NCBI GenBank assembly: GCA_002189035.1
Contig: CM007992.1
Location: 310,001 to 374,000 of the forward strand
Direction of reading: 5' to 3'
Length of the DNA: 64,000 bases
From: Utricularia gibba
Taxonomy: Eukaryota > Plantae > Magnoliophyta
Both the position numbers and the translations under genes were made by a program. Position 1 is the stretch's first letter. The number at the start of each line of letters is the position of its first letter. A model generated the notes under the pieces. It was not told where the DNA came from, ran no database searches, and worked only from the letters and a program-made list of their open reading frames with translations. Of this stretch, positions 63,501-64,000 are shown one piece after another.

Positions 63501-63931
63501 ATGCGAAATAACCCAGTTGCTGAAGCGATGAACTTGGTGGATTTATGCAACAGAATGAAGCGGTTAAGGGTGTTTGAGACTTCTTTAGGGATTCTTGGAG
63601 TGACAATATGCGTTATATGTTGTTTCTTTTTGCTAGATTTCAGAGATGCAACAAAAAGGGCGAGGCATCCGTTAATGGATCAGAAGGTTTTGTGGTTGAG
63701 TTTTGATGGAAAGGGAGAGAAAGTAGGTGAGGAAAAAAATGATTTTTTAAGTGATTTTCACTGTGGGTGTGATGTCTTTGATGGAGATTGGGTTTGGGAT
63801 CCAAGCTATCCTTTGTACCAATCAAAAGATTGTAGATTCCTGGATCAAGGTTTCAGATGCTCTGAAAATGGGAGACCTGATTTTTTCTACACGAAATGGA
63901 GATGGCAACCCAGAAATTGCAATCTTCCCAG
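63501..63931 (+). CDS. TRICHOME BIREFRINGENCE-LIKE protein (TBL10/11-like), first coding exon; gene runs off the window
   Basis: MRNNPVAEAM..KRLRVFETSLGILGVTICVICCFFLLDFR (TM) ..CDVFDGDWVWDPSYPLYQSKDCRFLDQGFRCSENGRPDFFYTKWRWQPRNCNLPR|GT (PMR5 N-terminal domain). Absent from the supplied ORF track. Confidence 0.92.
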
Positions 63932-64000
63932 GTTTCTGTTCCCTAAACTTGCATTCATGCAACCGTTTTTTTTACTATTTGAATTTATTCCATGCCCTGG

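Overview
Gene-dense, short-intron eudicot (plant nuclear) window with no intact transposon, RNA gene or CRISPR array. In order: 3' part of an AINTEGUMENTA-type AP2 gene; a receptor-like (probably pseudo-) kinase; CC-type glutaredoxin; myristoylated acidic protein; CASP-like protein; F-box protein; cytosolic Cu/Zn-SOD directly followed by the copper regulator SPL7; NAIP-like coiled-coil gene; P-class PPR gene; DMP pseudogene; RF298-like RING E3; FRS7/12-like FAR1 relic; alpha/beta hydrolase; dienelactone-hydrolase-family gene; HIPP; dual-specificity phosphatase; a 73-aa membrane protein; and the start of a TBL gene. The main accessory feature is a ~15 kb tandem array (39.8-54.7 kb) of five full-length copies plus one truncated copy of an uncharacterised type-II membrane protein with an Ig/filamin-like module and an SGNH/PC-esterase catalytic set (GDS ... 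DxxH). I infer it is NXPE-like and a candidate glycan O-acetyltransferase. Other highlights: a miR398 site created only by splicing of the CSD 5'UTR intron, a probable PPR start codon split by an intron, and five single-base frameshifts at homopolymers that look like assembly errors. Exon boundaries were read by hand; family and Arabidopsis homologue names are from recall of motifs and need database confirmation.
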